DNA from: an uncultured Acidimicrobiaceae bacterium
Lineage (GTDB): Bacteria; Actinomycetota; Acidimicrobiia; Acidimicrobiales; RAAP-2
Length of the DNA stretch: 64,000 bases
Direction: 5' to 3'
Assembly: GCA_937894805.1 (NCBI GenBank)
Contig: CALAYR010000136.1
Span: 2,084 to 66,083, forward strand
Below are positions 9,524 to 20,385 of this stretch, in pieces (positions within the stretch are counted from its first letter, which is position 1; every line of letters begins with the position of its first letter). The notes beneath the pieces are model-generated. The model did not search any database. It saw only the letters and a program-made list of their open reading frames with translations, and had not been told where the DNA came from. Made by a program: the position numbers and the translations under genes.

Positions 9524-9583
9524 GCTCAAACTCTATCGGCGTCCGGTGGTGGTGAAATTTGCCACAGCGGGCAAACTAGAGGG

Positions 9584-10162
9584 GTGACTATTCATTCTCC
9601 CGACTTCCTCGCCACCGGCTCCGAGTTCCCTCTCGCCGAGTGTCTGGTGGCCCAGCTACCGGCCGAGGCCGACGTGGTCATCCTGCCGCTAGCGGCCGTT
9701 TTCACCGGGGCGACCGAGGCCGCTATCGCTGTGGCCGAACTGCTCGGCGGTACGGATTTTCGTGTTGAGGCCCTCTTGGTGACCGATAAAGAGTCGGCCA
9801 ATAACGAGCACTTCGCCCAGCGGATCCGCGAGGCCGATGCCGTCATCGTTACCGATGGCTCGCCCCTTCACTTGCGGACGACGCTGCGCGAAACTGAAGT
9901 TGAACGGGCCCTACGAGAAGCTTCTCTGGTGGTCGGCATGGGATCGGTGGCCACTGTCTTCGGCGACCCCATGATTGATCCTCGGGGTGGTGCCCCGACA
10001 ACGGGTATGGGTCTTTTTACTGACGCCATTGTGACGGTCGAAGGGCCAACACTGGAGCGCACTCGAGAACTACTGACGGACGCCGTGGACCTTTATGTGG
10101 TCGAGCCCAAGATGGGTATCTATCGCCACTCGGGCGAATGGTACGTCTCTAGCGCTCAGTGA
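9584..10162 (+). CDS. hypothetical protein, possibly peptidase S51/cyanophycinase-like fold
   Basis: Only the last 192 codons of the 584-aa track ORF (8408-10162) lie outside ecm/hbd. GTG at 9584. The pattern ADAVIVTDGSPLHL ... VVGMGSVATVFG resembles the S51 nucleophile elbow. The functional call is weak. Confidence 0.45.
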   Translation: MTIHSPDFLATGSEFPLAECLVAQLPAEADVVILPLAAVFTGATEAAIAVAELLGGTDFRVEALLVTDKESANNEHFAQRIREADAVIVTDGSPLHLRTTLRETEVERALREASLVVGMGSVATVFGDPMIDPRGGAPTTGMGLFTDAIVTVEGPTLERTRELLTDAVDLYVVEPKMGIYRHSGEWYVSSAQ

Positions 10163-10700
10163 TTGTTACTGACTGAATCGTCACAACTTGCGTTGGGCGA
10201 CCCGAACCTGAACCCAGGTCGTTAATCGTCTGCACCACGTCGAGGCCGCTAACGACCTTGCCAAAGAGGCTGTAGAGCGGGGGTAGGCGCATACCGTCGG
10301 GGCCGGAGATGACGAAGAACTGCGATCCGTTGGTGTTGGGTCCGGCGTTGGCCATCGCCAAGGAACCCAGTTCGTAGCGACCGGGCTTGGGCAGTTCATC
10401 TTCGAAGCGGTAGCCGGGACCACCGGTGCCGGTGCCGGTGGGATCGCCACCCTGCAGCACGAAGCCGGGAATAACGCGGTGGAAGATGATGCCGTCGAAG
10501 TAGTGCCAACGGGCGAGGAACACAAAGTTGTTCACCGTGACGGGAGCGGCCAAGGGGTCGAGCAAGATTTCGAGCGTGCCCTTGTCGGTCACCATCGTGG
10601 CCTCGTAGGTCTTTGCGGGATCGATAATCATCGGCGGCACGCCGGGGAAACTCTGACGCTTCTCGCTACTGCCGTCGGCGTTGGGGATCAGTTCTGACAT
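10149..10700 (-). CDS. peptidyl-prolyl cis-trans isomerase, cyclophilin type (cytoplasmic)
   Basis: 183-aa ORF with FHRVIPGFVLQGGDP, GPGYRFEDE and MANAGPNTNGSQFFI. Confidence 0.9.
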   Translation of the reverse strand: MSELIPNADGSSEKRQSFPGVPPMIIDPAKTYEATMVTDKGTLEILLDPLAAPVTVNNFVFLARWHYFDGIIFHRVIPGFVLQGGDPTGTGTGGPGYRFEDELPKPGRYELGSLAMANAGPNTNGSQFFVISGPDGMRLPPLYSLFGKVVSGLDVVQTINDLGSGSGRPTQVVTIQSVTITER

Positions 10701-10708
10701 GGAAACTC

Positions 10709-11551
10709 CTAGTTGTGGATAGTTACAGAGAGAATGCGGTGCGTAACGAGCGGGGGAACACCGTTGCTCGCGGGATCAGCGTTACCGGCCGCGTTCAACT
10801 TCACGAGGGTCTCTTGGCCCGTTGTTACCTGACCGAAGCGGGAGTAGCTGTCGGGCAGTGTTTGGCCGGATGCGCCAGTCACGATGAAGAACTGAGAGCC
10901 ATTGGTGTTGGGTCCCGAGTTGGCCATGGCCACCGAGTACAGCGGGTACGGGCCCGCGGGGAGCTCATCGGCGAAGGAGTAACCGGGACCGCCAGAACCC
11001 GTTCCAGTGGGGTCACCGGTCTGGACCATGAAGCCCGGAATGGCTCGGTGGAAGATGATGCAGTGGAAGTAGTTCTTCTTCGCCAGGAAGACGAAGTTAT
11101 TGGTCGTCTTCGGCGCGTTCGCGGCATCGAGCGAGATCGTGAAGGATCCCGCGGTGGTGACCACGTCGGCGTAGTACTTCTTCGAAGTCGTAATGGTCAT
11201 CGACGGGGCACTGGACCATTGGAGGTTGTTGGCGCGCGCCGTCGTGCTTGCCGGACAGCCGGCCTGTCGAGCGAGGGCGTCGGCCTGCGACTGACCAATG
11301 GCCGACGGAGCCGTTGTGGTGGAGACCGGCGCCGTCGTGGAGGTCGTCGAGCTGGTGGCGACTGTCGAGGTGGTTACCAGGGGGGTGGAGAGATTGCTCT
11401 TGATTAACAGCAGGGACCCAACGACGGCGACGGCTACTGCGACCGAGACACCGATGCGGCGCAGTAAACGCTGACGCTTGGCTTGTCGACGCTCCTGCTC
11501 GATCTTTTGACGACGGGCTTCTTTATGGCGGGCACGCTTGGCATTTGGCAC
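10709..11551 (-). CDS. membrane-anchored cyclophilin-type peptidyl-prolyl isomerase
   Basis: 280-aa ORF with a basic N-terminal tail, one TM helix (IGVSVAVAVAVVGSLLLI), a Ser/Thr-rich linker and a cyclophilin domain (FHRAIPGFMVQTGDP, MANSGPNTNGSQFFI). Confidence 0.85.
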   Translation of the reverse strand: MPNAKRARHKEARRQKIEQERRQAKRQRLLRRIGVSVAVAVAVVGSLLLIKSNLSTPLVTTSTVATSSTTSTTAPVSTTTAPSAIGQSQADALARQAGCPASTTARANNLQWSSAPSMTITTSKKYYADVVTTAGSFTISLDAANAPKTTNNFVFLAKKNYFHCIIFHRAIPGFMVQTGDPTGTGSGGPGYSFADELPAGPYPLYSVAMANSGPNTNGSQFFIVTGASGQTLPDSYSRFGQVTTGQETLVKLNAAGNADPASNGVPPLVTHRILSVTIHN

Positions 11552-11612
11552 GGGCGTAATCCTACCCCCGACCTTGAAATGAGACTCGGAGCGAGACCGG
11601 TAGTTTTAGAAC

Positions 11613-12827
11613 ATGGCTTTAGTGGTCCAAAAGTATGGCGGCACCAGTGTTGGGGATGCCGAACGCATCCGCGCCGTCGCCGAGCACGTCGCTCGAACCG
11701 TCCGCGGTGGCGACCAGGTTGTGGTCGTCGTTTCGGCCATGGGCAAGTCCACCGACGATCTCTTACGCCTCGCTGATGAAGTCTCGTCCGTCAAGCCCAA
11801 GCGCGAACTGGACATGCTGCTCACGGCCGGCGAGCGCATCTCGATGTCCCTGGTCTCGATGGCGCTTGCGGGGCAGGGTCTAAAGACTGCATCCTTCACG
11901 GGATCGCAAGCCGGCATCATTACTGACACGGATCACACCCGGGCCAAGATTCTCGAAATGCGTCCTGAACGAATTGAAGAGGCCCTTCGCGACGGCTACA
12001 CCCCCGTGGTTGCCGGCTTCCAAGGCGTCTCCACTGATCGCGATATCACCACTCTCGGTCGAGGTGGCTCGGACGTTACCGCGGTGGCACTAGCCGCAGC
12101 GCTTAAGGCCGATGTCTGTGAGATCTACACCGACGTCACGGGCGTCTACAGCGCCGATCCTCGCGTTGTGCCACAAGCTCGTCGACTGGCCAAGATTTCG
12201 TTTGACGAAATGATGGAGATGGCCGCCACGGGTGGTCGCGTTTTGATGTTGCGCTCCGTGGAGTTTGCTCGCCGTCATGGCGTACCGCTGCACGTGCGTT
12301 CAAGTTTTACCTGGGAACCTGGCACCTGGGTCGTTGAGGAGGAATTGTCCATGGAAGAAGCAGTCGTCTCGGCCGTAACCGATGACACCTCAGAAGCCAA
12401 GATCACCGTGGCCAATGTGCCCGACCGACCCGGTTTGGCCGCCCGTTTGTTTCGCGAGCTCGCCGACAAGGGCATCAACCTCGACATGATTGTCCAGAAC
12501 ACCTCCGAACACGGCACCACCGACATCTCCTTTACGGTGGAAAAGGGTGATGCCGAAGCGGCCCGCCTCGCCTGCGAGGGTGTGCGCGATCTCCTAGAAA
12601 TTGGCGAGATCACCGCTGATCTCGGTATCGGGCGAGTGACTCTGGTGGGCGCCGGCATGAAGTCGAACGCTGGTATCACGGCCAAGATGTTCGAGACGCT
12701 GGCCTCGCACGACATCAACATTGAGATGATTTCGACCTCATCTATTCGTATCTCAACGATTATCCGTGGTGAACGAGTTGTTGAGGCCGTGCGTGCGCTG
12801 CACACCGCTTTTGGCCTAGACGCCTAA
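11613..12827 (+). CDS. lysC: aspartate kinase (alpha subunit reading frame)
   Basis: 404-aa ORF starting [15 protein letters not shown], with two C-terminal ACT domains. asd follows immediately. Confidence 0.95.
   Translation: MALVVQKYGGTSVGDAERIRAVAEHVARTVRGGDQVVVVVSAMGKSTDDLLRLADEVSSVKPKRELDMLLTAGERISMSLVSMALAGQGLKTASFTGSQAGIITDTDHTRAKILEMRPERIEEALRDGYTPVVAGFQGVSTDRDITTLGRGGSDVTAVALAAALKADVCEIYTDVTGVYSADPRVVPQARRLAKISFDEMMEMAATGGRVLMLRSVEFARRHGVPLHVRSSFTWEPGTWVVEEELSMEEAVVSAVTDDTSEAKITVANVPDRPGLAARLFRELADKGINLDMIVQNTSEHGTTDISFTVEKGDAEAARLACEGVRDLLEIGEITADLGIGRVTLVGAGMKSNAGITAKMFETLASHDINIEMISTSSIRISTIIRGERVVEAVRALHTAFGLDA
12351..12827 (+). CDS. lysC: aspartate kinase beta subunit (nested in-frame translation start)
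   Basis: In-frame ATG at 12351 ([12 protein letters not shown]...) preceded by gaggagga at 12336-12343. This is the same arrangement as the lysC alpha/beta overlap known in Corynebacterium and Mycobacterium. Confidence 0.55.
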   Translation: MEEAVVSAVTDDTSEAKITVANVPDRPGLAARLFRELADKGINLDMIVQNTSEHGTTDISFTVEKGDAEAARLACEGVRDLLEIGEITADLGIGRVTLVGAGMKSNAGITAKMFETLASHDINIEMISTSSIRISTIIRGERVVEAVRALHTAFGLDA

Positions 12828-12835
12828 TTCTCTAG

Positions 12836-14526
<1,691 letters not shown>

Positions 14527-14592
14527 AAGGGGAGATTAGTTCTGTCGTAGGCAATTCGTATTGTGGTGGGAGTTCCGAGTGATGGAGATTTC

Positions 14593-15900
14593 ATGTTTGG
14601 CGCAATTGCCGCAGCGATAGCTGGCTTGATTATTGGTTTTCTTGTGGCCAACGTGCGTTCCAGTGCGCGTCTGGGTACCCAGCGGGCCGAACTGGCCACC
14701 CTCACCGCTGAACGAGATGCGGCCAGCGCTTCTGCCACTACGGCCACTGAACAATTGGAACGGGAACGGCTGCAGCACGCCGACGCCATGAAGAACATGC
14801 GGGACGCCTTTCAGGTTGCCGCTACCGAAGCCCTTGGCACTGTCGTGGCCCAGCAGAGTGAGCAGCAAGAGGCTGTACTCAAGCAACGGGAAGCGAAGTT
14901 GGACGACCGACTACGCCCACTTTCTGACGCTCTGTTGCAGTATCGCGAGCAGGTCGAGAAGATGAATGTCGACCGTGCTACATCCTTCGAGTCATTATCC
15001 AAGACGACCTCGCGTCTGATGGAGCTGCAGGATCGATCCATCAGCGAAACGGAACGTCTCAACCGAATTTTGGGCCGTGAAAAAGATCGTGGCAGTTGGG
15101 GTGAGAACCAACTGGAGAATATTTTCCGTCTGTCGGGGATGGAGCCCTACATCGACTACATGACTCAGCTGACGGTCAGCCAAGACGCCAAGAACGTGCG
15201 TCCCGACGCCGTAGTCCGCCTTCCGGGTCGTGGCAACTTCGCCATTGACTCCAAGGCTCCGCTCGCTGACTACGACACGTACTTGGCTGCCGAGACACCC
15301 GAACAGCAGGCCGAGGCCGCCAAAGTTTTTGCCGCCACGGTGAAGCGACACATCCAACAGCTCACGACCAAGTCCTACTACGACTACATCAAGCCTTCGC
15401 CGGATTTTGTGGCCTGTTTTATTCCGAGTGACAACGTGCTCTCCACGGCGCTCAGTGGTGATCAGGACCTGTGGAACTTTGCCGTTCGTAGCAAGGTGCT
15501 GCTCTGCGGCCCCTCGTCGTTGATGGGCATGCTGTGGTCGGTGGCCTACGGCTGGCGTCAGTCGCAATTGCAAGAAAATGCCCAGGAGATCATGGACCTC
15601 TCCGAAACGCTTCATCAGCGCATCAGCGTGGCGTACGGCCACTTTCACGAATTGAGCCGCTCGCTGGGCACCACGGTGAAGAGTTACAACAAGTTGGTGG
15701 ACTCGATGGAGTCGCGACTCCTCGTAACGATTCGCACGATGGAAACCAAGGGCGTAAAGAGCAAGGCCGATATCAAAGAGGTCGATGCACTCGTAGAGCT
15801 GCCGCACGACCCCAATCCCGATAAGTGGCCGGTGGTGACCGCGCTGCCTTTGGCCACGTTGGAGGCGGAAATCGTCGACTCCTCACACGAGGCCGAGTAG
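14593..15900 (+). CDS. rmuC: DNA recombination protein RmuC
   Basis: N-terminal TM segment, long coiled-coil and RmuC nuclease-like C-terminus (RPDAVVRLPGRGNFAIDSKAPL, FVACFIPSD). ATG at 14593 has a ggaga SD; the track's start at 14563 is an alternative. Confidence 0.85.
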   Translation: MFGAIAAAIAGLIIGFLVANVRSSARLGTQRAELATLTAERDAASASATTATEQLERERLQHADAMKNMRDAFQVAATEALGTVVAQQSEQQEAVLKQREAKLDDRLRPLSDALLQYREQVEKMNVDRATSFESLSKTTSRLMELQDRSISETERLNRILGREKDRGSWGENQLENIFRLSGMEPYIDYMTQLTVSQDAKNVRPDAVVRLPGRGNFAIDSKAPLADYDTYLAAETPEQQAEAAKVFAATVKRHIQQLTTKSYYDYIKPSPDFVACFIPSDNVLSTALSGDQDLWNFAVRSKVLLCGPSSLMGMLWSVAYGWRQSQLQENAQEIMDLSETLHQRISVAYGHFHELSRSLGTTVKSYNKLVDSMESRLLVTIRTMETKGVKSKADIKEVDALVELPHDPNPDKWPVVTALPLATLEAEIVDSSHEAE

Positions 15901-15928
15901 CGAACTATTTGCTGACTAGGTTCTCTCC

Positions 15929-16918
15929 GTGGCGAGTAGGGGTGAATTACGGAGACGGCGGCAGCTGCGCGTCCTAGTAGTCGTCATCATTGTGGCGACA
16001 GTGGGAACCTTCGCGAGCGACGTGATGCGTGCGGCCCACGATTCGCAATCGGCCCGAGCTTCGCGAAACACCACCTTCGGCACCCTGGCCCGTGATCTCC
16101 TTCGCGAGGGTACGGCGCTAGACCACGACACGCTCGTGCTGTTGCAACAGGCCACCACGATCTCTCGCAGCGACTTCGTCGACGCGTGGTCTCAGCTAGA
16201 CGCTCGTGCCCGTCAGGTGACATTGGATGCCGCCCGACTCCGAGTACCGAGTGTTGACAACAAGCTCAACGTGCTGCTGGCCGACGTGATGACCCAGCGC
16301 GTTGCGAGCTGGGAGGTCATTCGCAATTCCGTACTGACACCTCTCGGCATTGGTACCGCGCAGTCTTCTTCAGTGGCGCTGACGAGCGCTCTGGCCGCGC
16401 TGACGACAACGAATGCTCAGTGGAGTGCCGCTCACGGGCGCTTGCATCGAGAGCCTGGTCACGTCCGACTACCCCTTGGCGAATGGACGCTGCCGGCAAA
16501 TGATGTCACTGGGTTGATTGCCACGACGTTGCAACAGGTGAGGCTGCGACCTTCGGCCTCGGTCTCCATTAATGCTGTATCTATTGACCCTCAGCCGTTG
16601 CCATCTGACGCGGCGCAGTTGGTACTGCTCGCCCGTGAACAAATTTCTGTAGGTGTGTCCCTGCACAACCCTTCCGCGACCGACGCCACGGTCGTCGTGC
16701 ATCTGCTTCTGGCTCCCGATCGAAAATCCGGCACTCTGGTGGCCAAGGCGATGACTATTGCCATCCCCAAGCAGTCTCATGCCGCTGTTTTGTTTGATTC
16801 AGTAGCCATACGGGCGTCGGAACATGGAGTCCTCCGCATCTGGGTAACAGGCGCTCGACCCAATTCACCCGGATCGGCGAGTCGTTTCTACACATTCAAG
16901 GTGGCCTCAGCCGGTTGA
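15929..16918 (+). CDS. hypothetical membrane-anchored protein
   Basis: 329-aa ORF with an Arg-rich N-terminus, one TM helix (LRVLVVVIIVATVGTF) and an extracytoplasmic domain in which I recognise no motif. Confidence 0.5.
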   Translation: MASRGELRRRRQLRVLVVVIIVATVGTFASDVMRAAHDSQSARASRNTTFGTLARDLLREGTALDHDTLVLLQQATTISRSDFVDAWSQLDARARQVTLDAARLRVPSVDNKLNVLLADVMTQRVASWEVIRNSVLTPLGIGTAQSSSVALTSALAALTTTNAQWSAAHGRLHREPGHVRLPLGEWTLPANDVTGLIATTLQQVRLRPSASVSINAVSIDPQPLPSDAAQLVLLAREQISVGVSLHNPSATDATVVVHLLLAPDRKSGTLVAKAMTIAIPKQSHAAVLFDSVAIRASEHGVLRIWVTGARPNSPGSASRFYTFKVASAG

Positions 16919-16966
16919 TCTGTAGACACGGTTTGTCTAAACCTCTACGATAGGCATTGGCTATTT

Positions 16967-18253
16967 GTGCGAAAGAAGGCAACCGTGCCACAGACCATCA
17001 CCGTCACCGATAATCGGACAGGTGAGTCTTACGAACTCCCCATTGAGAATGGGGGCATTGCCGCGAAGGATTTCGCTAAGGCTGTCCCCGGCGTTTGGTT
17101 CTACGACCCCGCTTTCATGCAGACTGCGGCGGCTGAAAGTGCCATCACGTACCTAGATGGTGAGGCCGGTATCTTGCGTTACCGCGGCTACCCCATTGAG
17201 CAGCTGGCCGAAAAGTCGACCTACCTCGAAGTGGCCTACTTGCTACTTCACGGCGAACTGCCCACTCTGGAGCAGGCCGAGGCGTGGAAGAAGGAAGTGA
17301 CGTATCACACCTTCATTCACGAAAACGTCCGTAAGCGGTTCCTCGAAGGATTCAACTACGACGCACACCCCATGGGCATGATGGTCTCGGCCGTCGCCGC
17401 GCTGTCTACGTATTACAAGGACGCCAAAGAAATCGACAATCCGGAAATCTTGAACAAGCAAATTGTTCGCCTGATCGCCAAGATGCCAACCCTGGCCGCC
17501 GCCGCACACCGCTTCAGCGTGGGTATGCCCTTCGTGTACCCCGACAACTCGCTGGGCTACGCCGAAAACTTCCTCTCGATGATGTGGAAGGTTGCCGAGC
17601 CCCGGTACGAGCCCGACCCCGTGTTGGCCCGCGCGCTCGACGTTCTCTTTATTCTCCACGCCGATCACGAACAGAATTGCGGCACCACCGCGATGCGCGT
17701 CGTGGGTAGTGCGCACGCCGATCCCTATTCGGCCGCCGCCGCCGCTACTTCGGCTCTCTATGGTCCACGTCACGGCGGAGCCAATGAGCAGGTCTTGCGC
17801 ATGTTGAACGACATCGGTTCAATCGACAACGTGCCCGGCTTCATCGAAGACGTCAAGTCCGGCAAGGGCAAGCTGCAGGGCTTTGGCCACCGGGTTTACA
17901 AGAACTTCGACCCCCGTGCATCAATCATCAAGCGCACGGCCGATGACGTATTCAAGGTGACGGGCAAGAACCCGCTACTCGACGTCGCGCTCAAGCTCGA
18001 AGAAGTTGCGTTGCAGGATGACTACTTCCGTTCGCGCAAGCTCTACCCCAACGTGGACTTTTACTCGGGCCTGATCTATCAGGCCATGGGTTTCCCCATC
18101 GAGATGTTCACGGTGCTCTTCGCCATTCCCCGTATGTCGGGTTGGTTGGCGCACTACACCGAGCTGCTCGGACAGGACGCGAAGATTGCGCGTCCGCGCC
18201 AGCTCTACACGGGGTCAGACAAGCGCGACTACGTCCCCATGGCTCAGCGCTAG
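16967..18253 (+). CDS. gltA: citrate synthase
   Basis: 428-aa ORF with GILRYRGYPIEQL, LHADHEQNCGT and GFGHRVYKNFDPR. A second GTG at 16985 with an aagaagg SD is an alternative start. Confidence 0.95.
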   Translation: MRKKATVPQTITVTDNRTGESYELPIENGGIAAKDFAKAVPGVWFYDPAFMQTAAAESAITYLDGEAGILRYRGYPIEQLAEKSTYLEVAYLLLHGELPTLEQAEAWKKEVTYHTFIHENVRKRFLEGFNYDAHPMGMMVSAVAALSTYYKDAKEIDNPEILNKQIVRLIAKMPTLAAAAHRFSVGMPFVYPDNSLGYAENFLSMMWKVAEPRYEPDPVLARALDVLFILHADHEQNCGTTAMRVVGSAHADPYSAAAAATSALYGPRHGGANEQVLRMLNDIGSIDNVPGFIEDVKSGKGKLQGFGHRVYKNFDPRASIIKRTADDVFKVTGKNPLLDVALKLEEVALQDDYFRSRKLYPNVDFYSGLIYQAMGFPIEMFTVLFAIPRMSGWLAHYTELLGQDAKIARPRQLYTGSDKRDYVPMAQR

Positions 18254-18349
18254 TTCGGCGAATCGAGAGTAGGGACAATCAAGTACCTCGTCACGGTCGC
18301 TGCGCTTCACCAACGCGACGGGAGCGGACTGGCCGCTCTCGATATTGCG

Positions 18350-19432
18350 TTGGGACTACGAGCGCGCGGACACGAAGTATCACTGTTCGCACTCCGACTC
18401 GGGGGCTTCGCCGAATGGGTTACTTCGACCCACGACATTGTCTGTCTTTCGATGTCCGATGTCGTAGGCCTGCACGAGGTGCGGCCCGATCGTGTGGTGC
18501 TGATGCACTGGCCCGCGTATTTCGCGTTGCAACGCGAAGGCATTTGTGTCCCCACTGTCTTTGGATTCCTCGGTCGTCACCCCGCGCTCGAGAATCCACC
18601 ACCACTCGTTCCCGACCTGGGATTCCCGTGGTTTGCCGTGTCGGAAGCAATCGTGGAAAACGTGTCGGCCATTTCAACGTGGGGGGAGCAGCCTCACCGT
18701 CTCATGCGCAATTGGACGGGATGGGCTGAAGGCTCGATTCGTCCCGAATCGCCACTTCGACGAATCGCCATTGTCTCTAATCGGATGACTGACGAGCTAG
18801 AGAACCAGCTTGTCGAGGCTGGCCATCGCGCTGGTATTGAGGTAACGCGTTTTGGCCTTCCTCGTAACCCCCAGATTTTGAATGAAGCACTGCTGGAGGA
18901 GTTCGACGCAATCATCTCCCTCGGCCGTTCGATTCTCGATGCGATGCGGCTCGGTCGCCCCGCATTGATCTTTGATATTCACGGAGCGGATGGTTGGGTC
19001 ACTCCAGAAAACGTTGAACGGTTCGCTGGCGAAAGTTTCAGCGGCCGTGAACGCGCCCATCGTCCGACTAACGAGGAACTGGATGCGTGGCTGAAGCAGC
19101 CGCCCACCACTGATCAGCTCCGGTGGCTGCAGACGTGGGTTCAGGAAAATGCCACATTGGACGTAGCCCTCAATCAGCTCGATGAACTTTTCGCCGTCGC
19201 TGCCGTACCGCAAGTCACGTGGGGTCGATTCGGTGAAGCCGCAGTTGAGATGATGGAAGAACTCGCGGAGGCGCGCGAGGGACTTGCGATTCGGGAGCAG
19301 CAGTTAGCGAATCTCACGATTGACCGCGACAACGTCGTGGCCCGAATTCGCAAGATTGAAAATGTGCTTACGAGCGTGCGTCCGAAATTTCTTAGCCGCA
19401 TCCTCGTCAACGCCGCGCAACGCCGCCTCTAA
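18350..19432 (+). CDS. glycosyltransferase-like protein (GT-B/GT4-like) with C-terminal coiled-coil
   Basis: Track ORF starts at TTG 18350. The open in-frame stretch upstream (18278-18349) reads IKYLVTVAALHQRDGSGLAALDIALGLRARGHEV, a typical GT4 N-terminus. GRSILDAMRLGRPALIF resembles the GT4 EAM-x-G-x-P block. The true start is uncertain (see findings). Confidence 0.55.
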   Translation: MGLRARGHEVSLFALRLGGFAEWVTSTHDIVCLSMSDVVGLHEVRPDRVVLMHWPAYFALQREGICVPTVFGFLGRHPALENPPPLVPDLGFPWFAVSEAIVENVSAISTWGEQPHRLMRNWTGWAEGSIRPESPLRRIAIVSNRMTDELENQLVEAGHRAGIEVTRFGLPRNPQILNEALLEEFDAIISLGRSILDAMRLGRPALIFDIHGADGWVTPENVERFAGESFSGRERAHRPTNEELDAWLKQPPTTDQLRWLQTWVQENATLDVALNQLDELFAVAAVPQVTWGRFGEAAVEMMEELAEAREGLAIREQQLANLTIDRDNVVARIRKIENVLTSVRPKFLSRILVNAAQRRL

Positions 19433-19446
19433 GTCTGAGGTCAGAC
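19433..19446. terminator. short hairpin between convergent GT-like gene and tesB
   Basis: gtctga-gg-tcagac palindrome immediately after the stop at 19432. It is very short and has no U-tract. Confidence 0.25.
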
Positions 19447-19467
19447 AACTAATTCGGTTGTATGTCC

Positions 19468-20331
19468 CTAGTTCTGGCGGGGCGCCACAATACGAGTGAG
19501 TCCCTCTTGCACCATGGAGACGCAAAGTTCTCCCGATCGGTTGAAGAGAAAACCACGCGCAAGGCCGCGGGCGCCGTGGGCGATTGGAGAATCCATGTCG
19601 TAGAGCAGCCACTCGTCGGCCTTGACCTGACGGTGAAACCACATGCAGTGGTCCAAGCTGGCCCCCATAAATGTCCCGTCGTCCCATCGAACGTCGTGTG
19701 GTCCCAAGATGGCGTCAAAGAGACTCATGTCACTCGCGTAGGTCACGACGCAAGCGTGAAGAAGCTGGTCGTCAGCGAGGGTTCCGTCGGCCTTAATCCA
19801 CACTTGCTTGGTGGGTTCACGAGGTCGGGTTGGACTCCAGGGGAGTTCGCCGATGAAACGCTGATCGATGGGGTGCTGGCGCTTGAACCACTCGTCGATG
19901 TCCTGACCATTGCTCGCCGCTTTGATGCGCTCGAACAACGTAGGGATTGTTTCGGGTTGCTCAACATCCGGTGCGGTGATCTGATGGTCGAGGCCGTCTT
20001 CTTCGGTGTGGAAGCTGGCCTGCATGTTGTAGATGGCTCGGCCGTGTTGAATCGCCACAACCCGGCGGGTGGTGAAGCTCTTCCCGTCTCGAATCCGGTC
20101 TACTTCGTAGAGAATTGGCACCTTGGGGTCACCGGGCCGAAGAAAGTACGAGTGGAGCGAGTGCACCCGACCCTGGTCGACGGTGCGTCCGGCAGCCATC
20201 AGGGCCTGGGCGGCGACCTGGCCTCCAAAGACCCGTTGGCGTTCTTCATTGGGCTGGGTGCCGCGGAAGATATTTACCTCGATCGTTTCGAGGTCGAGCA
20301 GATGGACAAGAAAATCGAGAGATTCAGACAC
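19468..20331 (-). CDS. tesB: acyl-CoA thioesterase II
   Basis: 287-aa ORF with a double hotdog fold; LLDLETIEVNIFRG and the SLDHCMWFHR blocks are typical of TesB. Confidence 0.85.
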   Translation of the reverse strand: MSESLDFLVHLLDLETIEVNIFRGTQPNEERQRVFGGQVAAQALMAAGRTVDQGRVHSLHSYFLRPGDPKVPILYEVDRIRDGKSFTTRRVVAIQHGRAIYNMQASFHTEEDGLDHQITAPDVEQPETIPTLFERIKAASNGQDIDEWFKRQHPIDQRFIGELPWSPTRPREPTKQVWIKADGTLADDQLLHACVVTYASDMSLFDAILGPHDVRWDDGTFMGASLDHCMWFHRQVKADEWLLYDMDSPIAHGARGLARGFLFNRSGELCVSMVQEGLTRIVAPRQN

Positions 20332-20385
20332 GGTTACATCGTAGGGGAGACGGCAATTCGCTAATCAGCGGTCTATCGTAACTAA

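Noticed and set aside
8408-9583. 5' two-thirds of the 584-aa plus-strand ORF 8408-10162
   Set aside because: This part is antisense to the ecm-type mutase and hbd genes and has the low-complexity antisense composition. Only the last 192 codons (from GTG 9584), which lie in otherwise unoccupied DNA, were kept as a CDS.
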